Shown here piece by piece: positions 13,881 through 26,820 of a stretch of DNA of 64,000 nt. Each line of letters opens with the position of its first letter. Within the stretch, counting starts at the first letter, position 1. This stretch comes from Harriotta raleighana. Lineage: Eukaryota. Location: the NCBI GenBank assembly GCA_050575255.1, contig JBNZDD010013730.1:5296345-5360344 (forward strand), in the 5' to 3' direction. A program made the position numbers and the translations under genes. Below the pieces are notes generated by a model. That model saw only the letters and a program-made list of their open reading frames with translations, made no database searches and was not told the origin of the DNA.

Positions 13881-15980
13881 GCTGTGGAAATGTTTGATGT
13901 GATCAGTGATGATTGAGGTTTTGTAACACATCAATGTCAAAGTCTGCTGTATAACTCCGGGTTACTGCCCCTGGCACAAGGCAAATTGCGAAACTTCTTG
14001 AGTAGCTATTTCAATCACCGCTGCAATCTGTAATGTTAAACGAGGAGCATTCAAAAAGAGTTAGCCTAGTTCTGAGCAGGAACTTTCCTCTCCGGTGTAC
14101 AGACTTTGCAGTTGAACTGAACCATGGGTGAAAGCAGAAAGGTGACATAAACTAGGCTAAAGAACTTTGTTCATCCAAACCCTCGTGTGATATGGTGTGG
14201 GTAATTAAACTTCAGTATACCCGGAACACCATATTCCTCTTCTAGTATAACTGGAGCACAACTGCAGGAAGGATGTGAGAATGTGCAGTGCTCTGATCTA
14301 GAAAGCTGTAAAGGCATAATCAATAGTCATTCAAAAGAGGTAGACAAACACTTAGGTAGGTAGCACTTTGTTACAATGCAAGAGGCTGCAGAGATTGGAC
14401 TCAAACGACTGCACTATACTCTACGTTCCCGTGTTAAGGTTGTAGCACAAGCACGTATCATGATTAGTTATACTTAGCAAATGGAACAGTGCATAACAAA
14501 GTAGGGAAAAAATGAGAATGATCTAAAATGTTGGACGTAAAACATCATATTAATAGGTGTGAAGATGTTAACATGAAAGCTGACAATAGAGATATGAATT
14601 AAAAGGATTACCTGAACTATGTATTGAATTACAAATTATACTGCACCCTGTTAAACAATTTCCTTATAGGAAAAATGATTCAGTCATAGTCTATGATTTC
14701 ACAGTACTGTAATAATGGAAGGGACTGTGGAACAGATCTAAGGTAAAAAAATTAATCACTGAAACATTTTCTGTCTCATACTTTATTTAAAGAACAGGAT
14801 TACCACGTTTGGATTCTCTTCAGTTTTTCATTTCTGCTGCTTTATGTGTTTCTAGCCCTGGTTATGCTACATGGCCTGTACACACAAAACTGATGGTAGA
14901 GGTGAGGAGCTTGTCTTTTGAACACGTTTTGCAATGCAAAACATACTGTTTGTCTAAGGCAGAACATTTGAAAACAAGCCCCAAATTTATCATTCATTTT
15001 GCTTATTCACCTGTGAAGAAGCCTTTTAAGTCTGTGATTGCTGGTGACAAAACGCATTACTGTATGCTTATGTTACTATATTCCAAACCATGTTTCAGTC
15101 AGTCAGTTTGTCTCTGGCAATCAGGTGCCTGTGAAGTGTAGCTGAAATCTGTGCTTTCAGATGATTGCAGAAGTCCTTCTCAATTTTTCCCTTGGGAATG
15201 TGTACAATAACATCAGAAAGCCGACTAGCTTGAAGCCACAAATGTTGACAGCCTATGCCTGTAGGGACAGTGGCAGATAAGCATGGCATCCTGACAAATA
15301 CTCTACTTGACTTTTCCTTCTCCTACCATGATAGGACAAAGTGTTGCACATGGGATTACAATGTCAATGACTGCCTCCCTATTTAAATACCACATATATT
15401 AAAGAGGTCCCAGTATAGCAGGATCAATCATCTGCTAATTTTTCATGGCCAGTCATGCACAAAGACAACTAAACTTTGAATTTAGAAACCTGCGAACAGT
15501 ACCTGCTTATTAAACATGCAGAAGAGGATCAGGAATATTTAGAAGTGCTAATTGTCTTTAAGTGATTTGCTGCTGCAGTGCTCAGCAAGTCATTTTGCTG
15601 GGTTAAAGCTCCTGAGCTTATCACTCGCCAAGCACAAATGAAGCTTGTAAAGCAGCGTTTAAGCTCGAAGATGCGTCGTGCATTTCAGAATGAACAAGGG
15701 GGTTCATACAATACAACAACTCAGGTGGAATTGAAAAACTTCATAAGAAGACAAGGTTTTTTTGCGGTTTTGTTGCTTGATGAAATTAGTTATGTTGATT
15801 CTCATTGCATTTTTCACAAAGCCTTTGGGACATGGTGATACCAAAGCCCCTCACACAGAAAACAGAGTGAATTACAAGCAGCTCAGGGTTCCAACTGTCG
15901 AACATACAGGACGATATCTGCCTTGATTAAAAATATTGGCCCATCTGTTCTCCACAATATATCAAAGTATGAAACAAGAC

Positions 15981-16192
15981 AGGACTTGCATTTGTTTAGC
16001 ACCTTATGATATTGAAACATCTAAATGCTTCAGAAGTCTGATGACTATTTTTGGAGGCAAATGCAGCAATCATTCGTGCCGACAAAAGGCCCACAAGCAG
16101 CCTTGAGGTGAAAGACTAATTATTCCAGAGGTTTATTTGCCTGGATCGCACAAGAAGTTCTTCTCCTTTCGAGTGGCCTTGAGGGATTTTTA
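15981..16192 (-). mobile_element. Old Deu-SINE 3' half (decayed)
   Basis: gacttgcatttgtttagcacctt...ggcccacaagcagcc...tttatttgcctggatc, the reverse complement of the Deu core plus tail. Confidence 0.55.
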
Positions 16193-18217
16193 AAAAATAT
16201 AATCAACATTACTTGAAAAGGCGGACAGGAAACACTTTTAACACCTCACAATTTTCTTTTCTTTGAAGGGTCAGGAGCCTCCGGAAAGAAGATGTCTCCC
16301 AGTGACTGTCACCATTGGATTTCAAAGTCCCCTCTTTAGTTATCAGGAGACAATGCATAAAACGTAAGGATGCAATAAGAAAAAGCCATTTCACTGATCA
16401 ATTCTGCTACTTCCTGGAAACAGACAACCTTTTTTTTATTACGCACTCTATCCCACAAATTTATTACCACAAGCAAAGGTTCTTTTTTTATATATCAGTG
16501 CAGACCTCCAGAATATCTGTCTAGCATTGTATCCTCTATCATTCAGACTTGACTCACTGCCTTTCTTGGCCTGACATTTTCATGACTTCAGACGGTCAGC
16601 AGTGATCATGTTCCCCACAGAACACCAACTGACAAGGTGAACATGTTGCCACAGGAAACGCCTGACGATTGCTTTCAAGAAATATATGTTGCCACAATTA
16701 AATATCTAACTAATCCAGAGGATACGCAAGAGGCTGCTGTCATTCTGGACAGTACATGCAGGAGTTACATGATGTGTCACGCAGTTTCAGGAGTCAGTCA
16801 TGTGCCAGAATCCACAGTAAATCAATACTGAATCCACATCTGCTGTAAATTGCTTTCATGTACTGCATCTAATACCCAGCCCAAGTAAAAAATCACTGCC
16901 CCCAATGACTTCTTGCAGGAAATTTCTCACTGACATCACTCCTCATTAAAAGAACGGGCCATTAATTTATCAAATGACATGATGCCTTTGTAACAATCTT
17001 CCCCGTATCTTTAACATTTTGACATAATTTGATTCCCTCAACCCTTCTCTTGGGAGCAGGCTGTCCAACAGCTAATTGTAAATAGGAGAAGGTGAGTAAA
17101 AGGGTTACAGTAATTAAACTATGCCTTGGAAATTATTCAGTTTACTCAGGGAAACTTGGGCTTACTGCTCTGAGTAGGTCACTGACCTCCTGTATATCTT
17201 ATGCAGCTAATGAGAAACCTCCTCAATAATGAGTGCTGTACAACATCCTAACATCATTTATCTACTTCCTCCTTGTTATGGACTCCCTTGTTATGGACAT
17301 GACATAAAATGAGTGCACTTTGAACTTTCCAGAGGTGCTTGGGAGGAAACCAAATGACACCACTGTTACTTCAGGCTGCACACTGCCAACTGCTTATTAC
17401 ACAGATCACTTCTCTATAGAGCTATAAGTACCTACCAATGTACTATAATGTACATTATACACAGAGATGAATTTGACAGGTACCATACCACAAATTGTTT
17501 AATACTTCTTATGGTAGCCATGCTGGTCCAATTCTCCCTGAATTATTGATTTCCATTTATAGTTAACTTTGCATCAGCATTAGTTTAATATTTGTAAAAA
17601 AGACAACTGCATTTTTTTTAAAGAGTTTTGAAACCTTTAAACCTTCCCATAAATCAGAATGGTTTAATGTGACCGGGCAACTGGTGTAGTTTGCTTGAGG
17701 ATGAATTCATAGCCTATTTCTTAATAATTAATGAAGAAAATACCACAGTAAAAATGAGCTATTCTTTGATAGTGATGAATAACTCAGTTATTTAGTAGAT
17801 TTTCTTCTTTTCCTGTTGTTCAAATGTCCCTTTTTTCAAAAAATGTTTGGTCAAAACACTTATTTTCTCCTTCCTCTCTTCGTTGTTCAGTTCTCCTTAT
17901 TGTCTATGACAAGCTCTTGGGGCTATTCCTATGTGAAAAGGACTCAATTAAGTGTCAAGCTGTTGTTAGCCTACAAAATACACTTTAATAATATGCTCCT
18001 ATCCACTTATCTTGAACCGATTTATATTGACATCCCATTTAAGTCAACAAAAAATGTAAGGTCCCTTTCCTGCATTGGAACATATTAAATCTACTGTGTA
18101 TATTGAGGTCAATATAAACTTAGGCATCCTCATGTCCTCAATTTTTTCTAGTCCTGAACAGTACTACATGCATTGTGTTATTATAAATTTTGCCTGAATC
18201 CTCAAGTGCAACACCTG

Positions 18218-18260
18218 AGTCAGTGAGTGAGTGAGTGACTGCATGTATGTGCGTGTGACA
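18218..18260. repeat. (GAGT)n/(GT)n simple repeat
   Basis: gagtcagtgagtgagtgagtgactgcatgtatgtgcgtgtg. Confidence 0.6.
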
Positions 18261-20023
18261 CTTGGGTGTATGTGTCACATGTTAGGCTGGTTAGGCCTAT
18301 GAAGTATCTGTGTTGCAAGTATCATTTGTATTGCTAGACACGATTAATTATTAGTAACCAATATTAGTTGAAATGTTTTTTTAGCTCCGCTCTACCATAC
18401 CCAGTGGTGTTTACTAACAGAACATTTGGAAGAAATCATTTTCTGCCCAAACGCTTTTATATCTCTTTTCAACTCCATGGAGTTTAAATATAATAATAAT
18501 ATTAATGATAATCCTAATATATTGGAATATATATATATTATAAAGTGAATTGATTGTATATTTATGAGCAAAATGTACCCTCTTCACTTGGACAGTTACT
18601 GCCTGCCAATAATGCCCCAGGACTTTTTCAACCAACAAATCAAATAGCAATTTACTATTCCACTTTCCAGCTGTAACTGGAGTGATAGGAAACCTGACAA
18701 CATTTCAACTTTTCTTGGATATTAATTAAACTAATCCTTCCTGCACCACCATTCTTCTAAAATCCAGTGGGATATCAAGACTCAATATGTTCAGTTAACC
18801 AGGACAAGAGAAGCTTTAATACTAATCTCACTCTGGCTTTTACATTCCAGTGACCAGCATTTAGATTCACAAACCCACAGCTGGAGTGTACAATATGCAA
18901 ACTATTAAAGAAAGTTTCAGGACAGTATTTAAAAAATATTACAAGCTGCCTTACAATGACATGAACAAACACGTCTCAAAGGCAAGATTTGACGTTTTGC
19001 AGATTTTGTTTTTTGTAATATCCATATTACAGTACAACAAAAAAAAACACTCAGCGGAACCTACTGTTGCTTTTATTTCTGCACAATCTAGGTATTTCTA
19101 TCTGAAATTCTAATCTTAATCATACAACTGGATATTAAAACAATCTGGTGCATGTTCCATATGTAAACAGTCTTTTTTTTAATGAGTGTATAGGGGTGAA
19201 AATTGCACTGTGTGATGTGTTGATTATCATTGGTGATATTATACTCCAGTATTCCTATTCATTTACAGTGGTGTTCAATTCAAAAGAATAAATGATCGGC
19301 ATCTCCACATACACAATAGGTAATCTCACTGTAACTTTGGCTCAACCTGTTCAGGGTACTAGCAGATAGCTTGTAAGATTTTGTTGTGTTTTTGAAAATA
19401 TTGACCGACAATATGCAATATTGTGTAATATATAAGAAATCAAAGGATGAGTATACACATCCTGGAGTCTGCAGAAGCTAGCCTCCTGTCCATTTATCAG
19501 GGCCTTAGTTATGTTAGACCTATTCATTATGTTTGTTAGAGATATTCCTATGTGAAAAGGACTTATTTAAGTGTTGTTAGCCTACAAAATATTTCTTGTT
19601 GAAGTACAGTTGCAGCAATACATTTCAAACCTGGGAAACTCCTATATACCAGATCCCCATACAAACAGCCAATTGCAAAGAAGAAACAAGCAGAGGATGA
19701 ACTTTTTCAGAAAGTAAAAAAGATCCAGTGAATGAAAGAGTCCATTCCCAGGATAATTAACCCATTCTACATCCTGTCCAACTCTTCTCTCTTATTGTCA
19801 GCCACTCACTTCCCAACACCAGGATTAAACCCAGAGAGAGATCTCGCAATCGAACGAGCTCCATGAGAATGCCAAGCCAGCACCAATATGAGAGCCTACA
19901 TTATCGACTCAATCTAAACCCAGCCTTATACCCTGCAACATTACTGTTAGCAATGTCAATGAGTATGTTTAAATTCCCAGCATGTGGCTCATATTCCACA
20001 TTTTTGCAGAATTTGGAATCCTG

Positions 20024-20086
20024 TAATAATAATCCTTGCATTTGGTATAGCGCTTTACATACAGAATATACTGTAAAGTGAATTGA
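20024..20086 (-). mobile_element. Deu-SINE 3' tail fragment, inverted and abutting the head of the next SINE
   Basis: taataataatccttgcatttggtatagcgcttt...acagaatatactgtaaagtgaattga is the reverse complement of the SINE tail with an internal deletion. Confidence 0.8.
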
Positions 20087-20090
20087 AAGT

Positions 20091-20399
20091 GTAGCTCAGT
20101 GGTTAGAGCACTCGCCTTACAAGTGTCGCCGACCTGTGTTCGAATCCAGGCAGGTCGAAACCTTGGGCAAGTTTCCTTACTCCACATGCCTAATAATAAT
20201 CCATCAAAAAACTTGTATAATAAATTGGTCATTTCAATCCACGACTGTTTGTGGAACACTGCTGTGCGCAATTGGCTACTGCATTTCGCCCACAAATATA
20301 CAGTCAATTCACTTCACAGTATATTCTGTGAAGTGCTTTGAGATGTCTAGAAGACACGAAAAGCGCTACAACAAATGCAAGGATTCTTATATTATTATA
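20091..20399 (+). mobile_element. Near full-length tRNA-derived Deu-SINE (short, young family)
   Basis: Pol III A box (tagctcagtggttagagc) and B box (gttcgaatcc), a Deu-like central block (gactgtttgtggaacactgctgtgcgcaattggct), and an L2-like tail ending aaatgcaaggatt plus a (tat)n-like end. Multiple homologous copies lie in the window. Confidence 0.92.
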
Positions 20400-21279
20400 A
20401 AGCCTGCATTGACTACAACAGTAGGGGAACTCAAAATAACTTTATCATTCAATAAAGTTACCACAAATAGATCCATGGTAGGCCTGAGAAATTGAAAGAT
20501 AATGGAATTGAAATGGTTTATGATTCAGGTGGTCCCTTGAAGTTAACATCAATGAAAAAGCAAAAGGCCTAGTGACTCTTCACTAATGTTCAAAATGAAT
20601 GGCATTCAGATGCTACTTATTGGAACTCTACTTATGCATGTAGGTGTAAATCTCCAAAGCAACTCATTTCTTACACTCTCCTCTGTGAGTGAGGAGTTAG
20701 CTTTGTAACATCAGTCTGCTGTCTTCCGTAGATTTACTGCATGTCAAACCTGTCGGGCCTGTGATAGATATTGTATTAAGCAAATGGCTGACCTATCTCA
20801 ATCAGTTTCAGTGTGCCAGGTAAAATTGATCAGAATCAATCCAGAGTACTGTAGTTTGAATGTTTGTGTAAATATTAATTTAAAACCAATAATATCTTTG
20901 AGAATTTGTTCCTTTTTATTACCAGAAGTGACAACGCCACCGATAATTATATTATACACCATTCATGCAGCTGCTCAGATTAAAAATCGCTAACAACTTA
21001 TTAATGTTAAACTAGTCCCGTGGGCTTTCATCCCATAGAGCAACATTTGCTTCTATACTTTGTTGTATTCAAAGTTATATCCAAGCAAGCACTGAACAAA
21101 CATCACTTGTGATATTTTCTGGCAAGATACGTGCACAAAAAAAGCAACTTGTTGGGTGAAGAATGTCAAACAAACCTCCTCACTAAGAAAATGAAGCAAG
21201 TTTTAAAAAAAACGCCAATTTTAGCTGAATTTATAGTGACAACTATTCGGTTTGCTGAACAAAATCATGAGTGGTGCCA

Positions 21280-21480
21280 TGTGTAAGAATACAAATACAA
21301 ATCTTTCACTTCTAAGTCTGGGGTCAAATCTATCCTGGAGTGATATGACAAAACGTCTCTGCTTTCTGCCAGCTAGGAGGACTAATTGAAGTATTTTTGG
21401 ATAGCTTCATACCGAGTGGGTGCATATTCACAGAATGAAGCTACCTGTAACTGAACACCACTTAGCAATAAATCAGCAAG
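21280..21480 (+). mobile_element. Possible ancient LF-SINE-like element
   Basis: ctttcacttctaagtctggggtcaaatctatcctggagtga...ctgccagctaggagg resembles the LF-SINE head (gcctttcacctct...ggttcgaatccagccc). Very diverged. Confidence 0.3.
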
Positions 21481-21934
21481 TCTTACGCAGAATGAAAATG
21501 CAGTGTACGTGGAACAGATTATTTTGCTTATGCTGAAAGTGGAACTTTTGAATGGGACAGCCATCAGCAAGGTTTGCATTGTGTTTGACGACAGAGTGCT
21601 TAATTCTGATCGTCAATCAGAAAGTGAGTGTCCTCTTTCAGGATCTGATGTCTCTCATTTTGCAAACAGCAAATTCATCAGAACATAAGAAAAGAGCAGT
21701 CAAATTTCAAAATGGTGTATTTTAAAAAAAATAATCTTTGAAGCACTCATCGAAAGTTTAAAAGTGGTTTTGAAAGTTAAAAATTGATAGCAAGAATATT
21801 GTTAACTTCTCTACACGGTTCCAGAAATAAATTAAACCCTTAGAATGCATAAGAATTTTTTTTTGCAATACAAGCGACAGAAACTCAAAGTCCCTTGTGA
21901 TTGAATGGGTATGTCTTTCTCTCAAACATCAGCA

Positions 21935-22000
21935 CAACAACAACAAAATTATATTTATAGAGTGCCTTTTAGGTCAGGAAGACCTGCCAAGGAGCTGAAA
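21935..22000 (-). mobile_element. L2 LINE 3' tail fragment
   Basis: acaacaacaacaaaattatatttatagagtgcctttt...ccaaggagctgaa is the reverse complement of the L2 tail seen at 36800-36873. Confidence 0.7.
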
Positions 22001-22391
22001 GCACAGGTGTACTTGAAATAATTTCAAAACTACAGCATCTTGAACCATCAGAAAAAAATGTCACCCGTAAACAAATTAACAGTCTAACAAGCTGAATCAG
22101 ATGAAAGAACATTCAAAACACTCAATCTATTGATTACAGGACGTGACCAGACTGCTTTGCACTAGAACATGTAATTGAATAGTCCTAAGAAATGCAAAGT
22201 AAATTATTAATTCATCATATCTATTTTTATGGATCACACGATGACACTAATTTTCCTGTGAATATAGTGGCAATAGATTAGTAAGCACTTTACAACTGCT
22301 AATTCAGAGATTTAAACGTTTTCAGAGATGTAAATATTTTGAATATATTTAAATGTTTTATCAAATAATACTCTTTCGTACACTGTTTACT

Positions 22392-22698
22392 ATTCTATTT
22401 TTGCATTTGATACAGCACTTTTCACATCTTTTAGATGGCTCAAAATGCTTCACAGAATATACTGTAAAGTGAATTGACTATATTTTGTGGGCGAAACGTG
22501 GCAGCCAATTGCACACAACAGTGTCCCCCAGTCTTGGATTGAAGTAACCAATCTATTATTGTGTGTTTTTTTGAAGGATTACAGTATTATGNGGCATGTG
22601 GAGTAAGGAAATTTACCCAAGGTTTCACCCTGCCTGAAATCGAACACAGATATCTCGCTTTCAAGGCAAATGCTCTAATCACTGAGCTACAGGACTCC
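22392..22698 (-). mobile_element. Full-length tRNA-derived Deu-SINE (short family)
   Basis: Reverse complement starts ggagtcctgtagctcagtgattagagc...gtgttcgatttcaggcagg and continues through the Deu block and tail. Confidence 0.9.
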
Positions 22699-24369
22699 AC
22701 AGCTTCCCACAGGGTTATATAGCCTGAATTGCAACCTAATCCAAGATTGCAAATAAGCCTTCATAAACTCATTAAAAATAGCAAAATAAATAGTTACGCA
22801 TGATGTGCATATGGAGTATATTTGTATGATTAATAACTGCAAGCTATTAAGTGATCAATAGAAAGTTGACGTCCATGAACAGTGAGATACTAAATAATCA
22901 CTTTCATATCTCTAATAAATACAATGATAGATGCACAAGAAGGAGTTACTAGACAGTTACACAATTGAGGGAATTCAGATGATATTATTCATACAAGTGA
23001 AGCTCAAGAGATTTTTGCAAAACATCAAATTGCATAACCATTTGTAAACCACTCTGAGACATTTTAAATATATACAATGTTTGACTTTCTGACTAGCAAA
23101 TTAAAATACTCACCCAATTACTTGAATGAACAAGTTCTCCTTGAACAAGTTTACCAATTGTTAGAATTAGTTAAGTGATGCAAGTAAGTTTAAAATGCAT
23201 ACAGCTTCTAATTTTAAATGCCTTGTTAATGTTCTGATGCAACATATAAACAAAATGTAAATATTACCCTACAGAGAATATCACGGAAACCTAAAACTGC
23301 TGCATTTCCTACTTGTGTTCCTGCACTGACAAATCAATGAGCCTGTTTAGTTCTGAGAATTAAACCTTCCATGTAACAAATGCTCTATTGTGCACAAATC
23401 TGTCCCCCTTCACACATAAACATTCAGATTGTTAGAATGGCAAAATAAAAGTAGGCGTCAAATTGAGTTGGACCTTCACTATCGATATATTTTACAATGT
23501 ATGCCTCAAATAGATGCTTCTGTTATGAGGTGATGGCTTTGTTTTATAATATTTAAGGACAGTATACAGGTGATGCAATTAATCTATCTCAGCAGGGCAA
23601 TGCTGTGTACACCTCAAAATAATTTATGCTCCACACCTTTTTGAAGATAGAGTTTAATTTACTACAATATTTAGAATTCAGCAAATTAGCATGCATGTGA
23701 ATGAATATTGGTCTTAGTTTTAAACTCAGATTTATTCATATTAATATCACCTGTTTGGACTATAGCCAATCTATCAACTAATTTATTCTTCCCTGTGAAT
23801 ATTCATGGCATGCTTAAAAGACAGGATTTTAAAAAAATACTATAATTATGCAGGTTATTTATATATATATATATATTCACTTGAGGCAAACAGTTCTAAC
23901 GCTGGGTATCAAAATGGCATTGTTGACATTGCTGAAGGGTAAAATTAAGCAGGTGCTGTATTTTGCAGGAATGTCATTATGTATTAGGAATGAAAACCAA
24001 ATTCAGAATCGGAATAGGATTTCAGTTGGCTTAGTTTGGATTTGTTGTATGAATTCAACTAATTTCAAATTACATGTACAGTACTTGGTTTCTTTCCCTT
24101 TCAAAGAAAAGAATGGAATATACGTGCAGGAGCAAAAATGTGCCCTGAGTCTCACAAATGTTCCCCTCCATGATGCCCAATATCACTGGTTAAAGGGAAA
24201 ATGACAAAGGCAAATGGTCTCTGTTTAAAAACAGACTTTCTACCCAATGCATCACTATCCATGGATGCACTCTCCACCAAGGACAGTCACTTTGCAGACA
24301 ACTGGTGTCTATACACAGTGTGTACAGACTACCTCAACTGTTCTGTATTGTCGATCTGTTCAATTGAAG

Positions 24370-24630
24370 GTGAGACAGTTTTCATTAGGAAAGGGAAATC
24401 AACTTGATAAGACCTAATAGGAAATATCAGGAATGTTTTGTGACAAGTGCCTCAGTCCTGGATTATTTATGTCTGAGAGAAACATGTGGTTTACATGTCA
24501 GAAAAATCAATGAGAATTTAGGTAATTTCAATAGAGGCGCGCAATACCTTTTGTGCTTGATTATAGACCTTATTGATCTGACAACTAAAAGCAAAGATTT
24601 CTCCACAAATCTTGAAGCTGGAAAGTAAAT
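24370..24630 (+). mobile_element. Decayed CR1-like RT fragment
   Basis: ttcattaggaaagggaaatca (F.KG.S), tttgtgacaagtgcctca (FDKVPH-like), and later IDL/KF-like remnants. Confidence 0.4.
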
Positions 24631-25119
24631 TCTTATTTATAACACCAAATTGAAAGACGTATTAGTTACACTACATGTAGCTTTCACTGCTGTGGTTCAT
24701 TCAAATCGTCACAATACAGAATTGCACATCACTGAACTATTGATCTGTTCTCATCTAAGGATAATCATAAGCCCTTCCAACTAAACTTTTACATAAGTTA
24801 AATAGCTTTAGAAGGCACTTATATTCACACAAAATAACCTGCATTTTGGAATGAATGAATGTGGATTAGCATTTTTTAAAGAAAAATCGAAACATGCCTT
24901 TGTTTAGCTCCTGAACGAGTCTAGGCAAATCCATGCCTCAATTTTCCACAACCAAATGATCTTTTCTGTACTCTGAATGCTGGAGTTTTTTTTTTTCCTG
25001 GGTTTCGCTGGAGAATGGATGATTATTTTTAACTTTTTCAATTTGTGCGACTTTTTGTGCAATTTTGTTCATTTTATGCATTTTTCATTCTTTGAAAACA
25101 CGACATCGAAACAGTGTGC

Positions 25120-25371
25120 AGTTCAGAGCCCCCACCTACCCCCTCTCTGAGTCCACTCTCACTACATTTGTATGTTTTTAGACATCAGCTTATCCCCATA
25201 TGAATGTCATCTCCCCATGCCCACCTCTCACCTACCATACACCANAGTTCAGAGCCCCCACCTACCCCCTCTCTGAGTCCACTCTCACTACATTTATATG
25301 TTTTTAGACATCATCTTATCCCCATATGAATGTCATCTCCCCATGCCCACCTCTCACCTACCACAGCACCA
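25120..25371. other. Duplicated ~125 bp segment either side of a single N (25245); probable assembly artefact or two alleles
   Basis: 25120-25244 is repeated at 25246-25371 with a few substitutions (tttgtatg/tttatatg, catcagct/catcatct). Confidence 0.8.
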
Positions 25372-26398
25372 TTTCTACTTTCAACCATGATTTTTTAGTG
25401 AATCCAGACAAGACTACTTAGGCACCATGCTGGCTGTAATATATTCCATTGTAAGGCATGTTGCTTTCAGTCCTTGCTTACGATGTCATTGTTTAATAAA
25501 AAAGATTGATGGTTTAGAAGGGAAATAATGATGGTTTAACAGGGAAACTGTAAATCAGCAAATTGAGATATTCAGTGAAGTTTCAGCTATAGAATGCATT
25601 TCCTGACAAGCATTCCCACATCAGAGGTAACCTGGCTTTGCAAGTGGGCCTGTAGGAGTTATCGATGCAGAAAAGTATACATTCAGGAACAATTGAATTG
25701 ATGTTTATTCCTAAATCTGATACCAATTAAACTGCTTGCAGGATTTCCATTCTGGTATACACTGGGCTATTTATACCTGTGAGCAACTGATTACCTGTAT
25801 ATGTTTCGAGAAAATAAATCATACAAATGTGTTCACTTTCAGTAAAATACTAGTGAAGGGGGAAAAATAAAACAATGACAAAATGAACTCAATGATGTGA
25901 AGGCACAATCAAAAAGCAAAAATACTGAAACAAATAGGTTAGGAGCAATTACAATACAATGACCAGTAATGTATAATAGAAATTGCCCAGACTGTATGAG
26001 CTTTTTGAGAAAGTTAACCTATGTAAATAAATACAACAGCTGTACACTCTCACAATACCGTTATAGAAATACAGTGTTGTCAAACAGTAAAGGAAGAAAC
26101 AAATCTCTGTTGCAGCCAAACACCTTCCCAGTATTTCCCCTTCCATTTTTTTCTATTTTTAAGTTCTTCATGGGGGAGGGGAGGTAAGTAGGGACCCCTT
26201 GAAGCTTTTCTGGCTCCAAGTTGAAATGTTTAGGAATGAAACGTTGGAATTGAGTCAAGTTTCTGTGACAGTCCAGCTAGTCCTGAGCTTGGTAAGTCTG
26301 TAGAATTCCAGGGCATTGATGATGCTTCATCAACAGCCTGCCTCATCAGCTGGATTTGGAAGTGTAGATCAGTCCCACTCAGCTCCCATTAACCCTAC

Positions 26399-26463
26399 AA
26401 GCTGATGCCCTAATAGGTGTGGTGCCCCGAGCTGAACAAGCAGCAGGAAAGCTTGCCAGGCAA
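26399..26463 (+). repeat. Unclassified dispersed repeat, copy 1
   Basis: agctgaacaagcagcaggaaagcttgccaggca matches the reverse complement of 38944-39008. Confidence 0.6.
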
Positions 26464-26796
26464 AGCTCTTAATGGGATGCTATGTGATTTCAGCTGGTCA
26501 AGAGTCCAGTAGTAACCCAATGTACACTCTGGGGTCCCCTAACATTAGCTCTTGCTATACTTCTCGCAAATAAGTAAGCAGGTTGTGTCCTTCTGGAGAG
26601 ATAATGTACATTCCATTCCAATAAATATCTCTGTAAATTCCATGTGTATGTGAGATGTATTGAACTCTCAGTTGGGTTTAGATACCCTTCAGCATGGTGA
26701 TGAGTTTCTGTATGTGTCAGATATCAGGCTGACCAAAAAAGGTCCTGCCTCAAAGCCCACCTCTTCAAATGCACTTATGGTCACTTTGCCCCTTCC

Positions 26797-26820
26797 CTTT
26801 TATTTATTTATTTATTTATT
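26797..26820. repeat. (TTTA)n microsatellite
   Basis: tttttttattttatttatttatt. Confidence 0.7.

Noticed and set aside
20091-20160. tRNA-like sequence with A and B boxes (also at 22630-22698 and 46621-46690)
   Set aside because: It continues directly into a multi-copy SINE body and lacks a proper acceptor stem, so it is a SINE head rather than a tRNA gene.
19969-20495. Overlapping 80-119 aa ORFs whose peptides recur elsewhere (11452, 11600, 12880, 34653)
   Set aside because: The recurrence is explained by SINE copies, not by a gene family.
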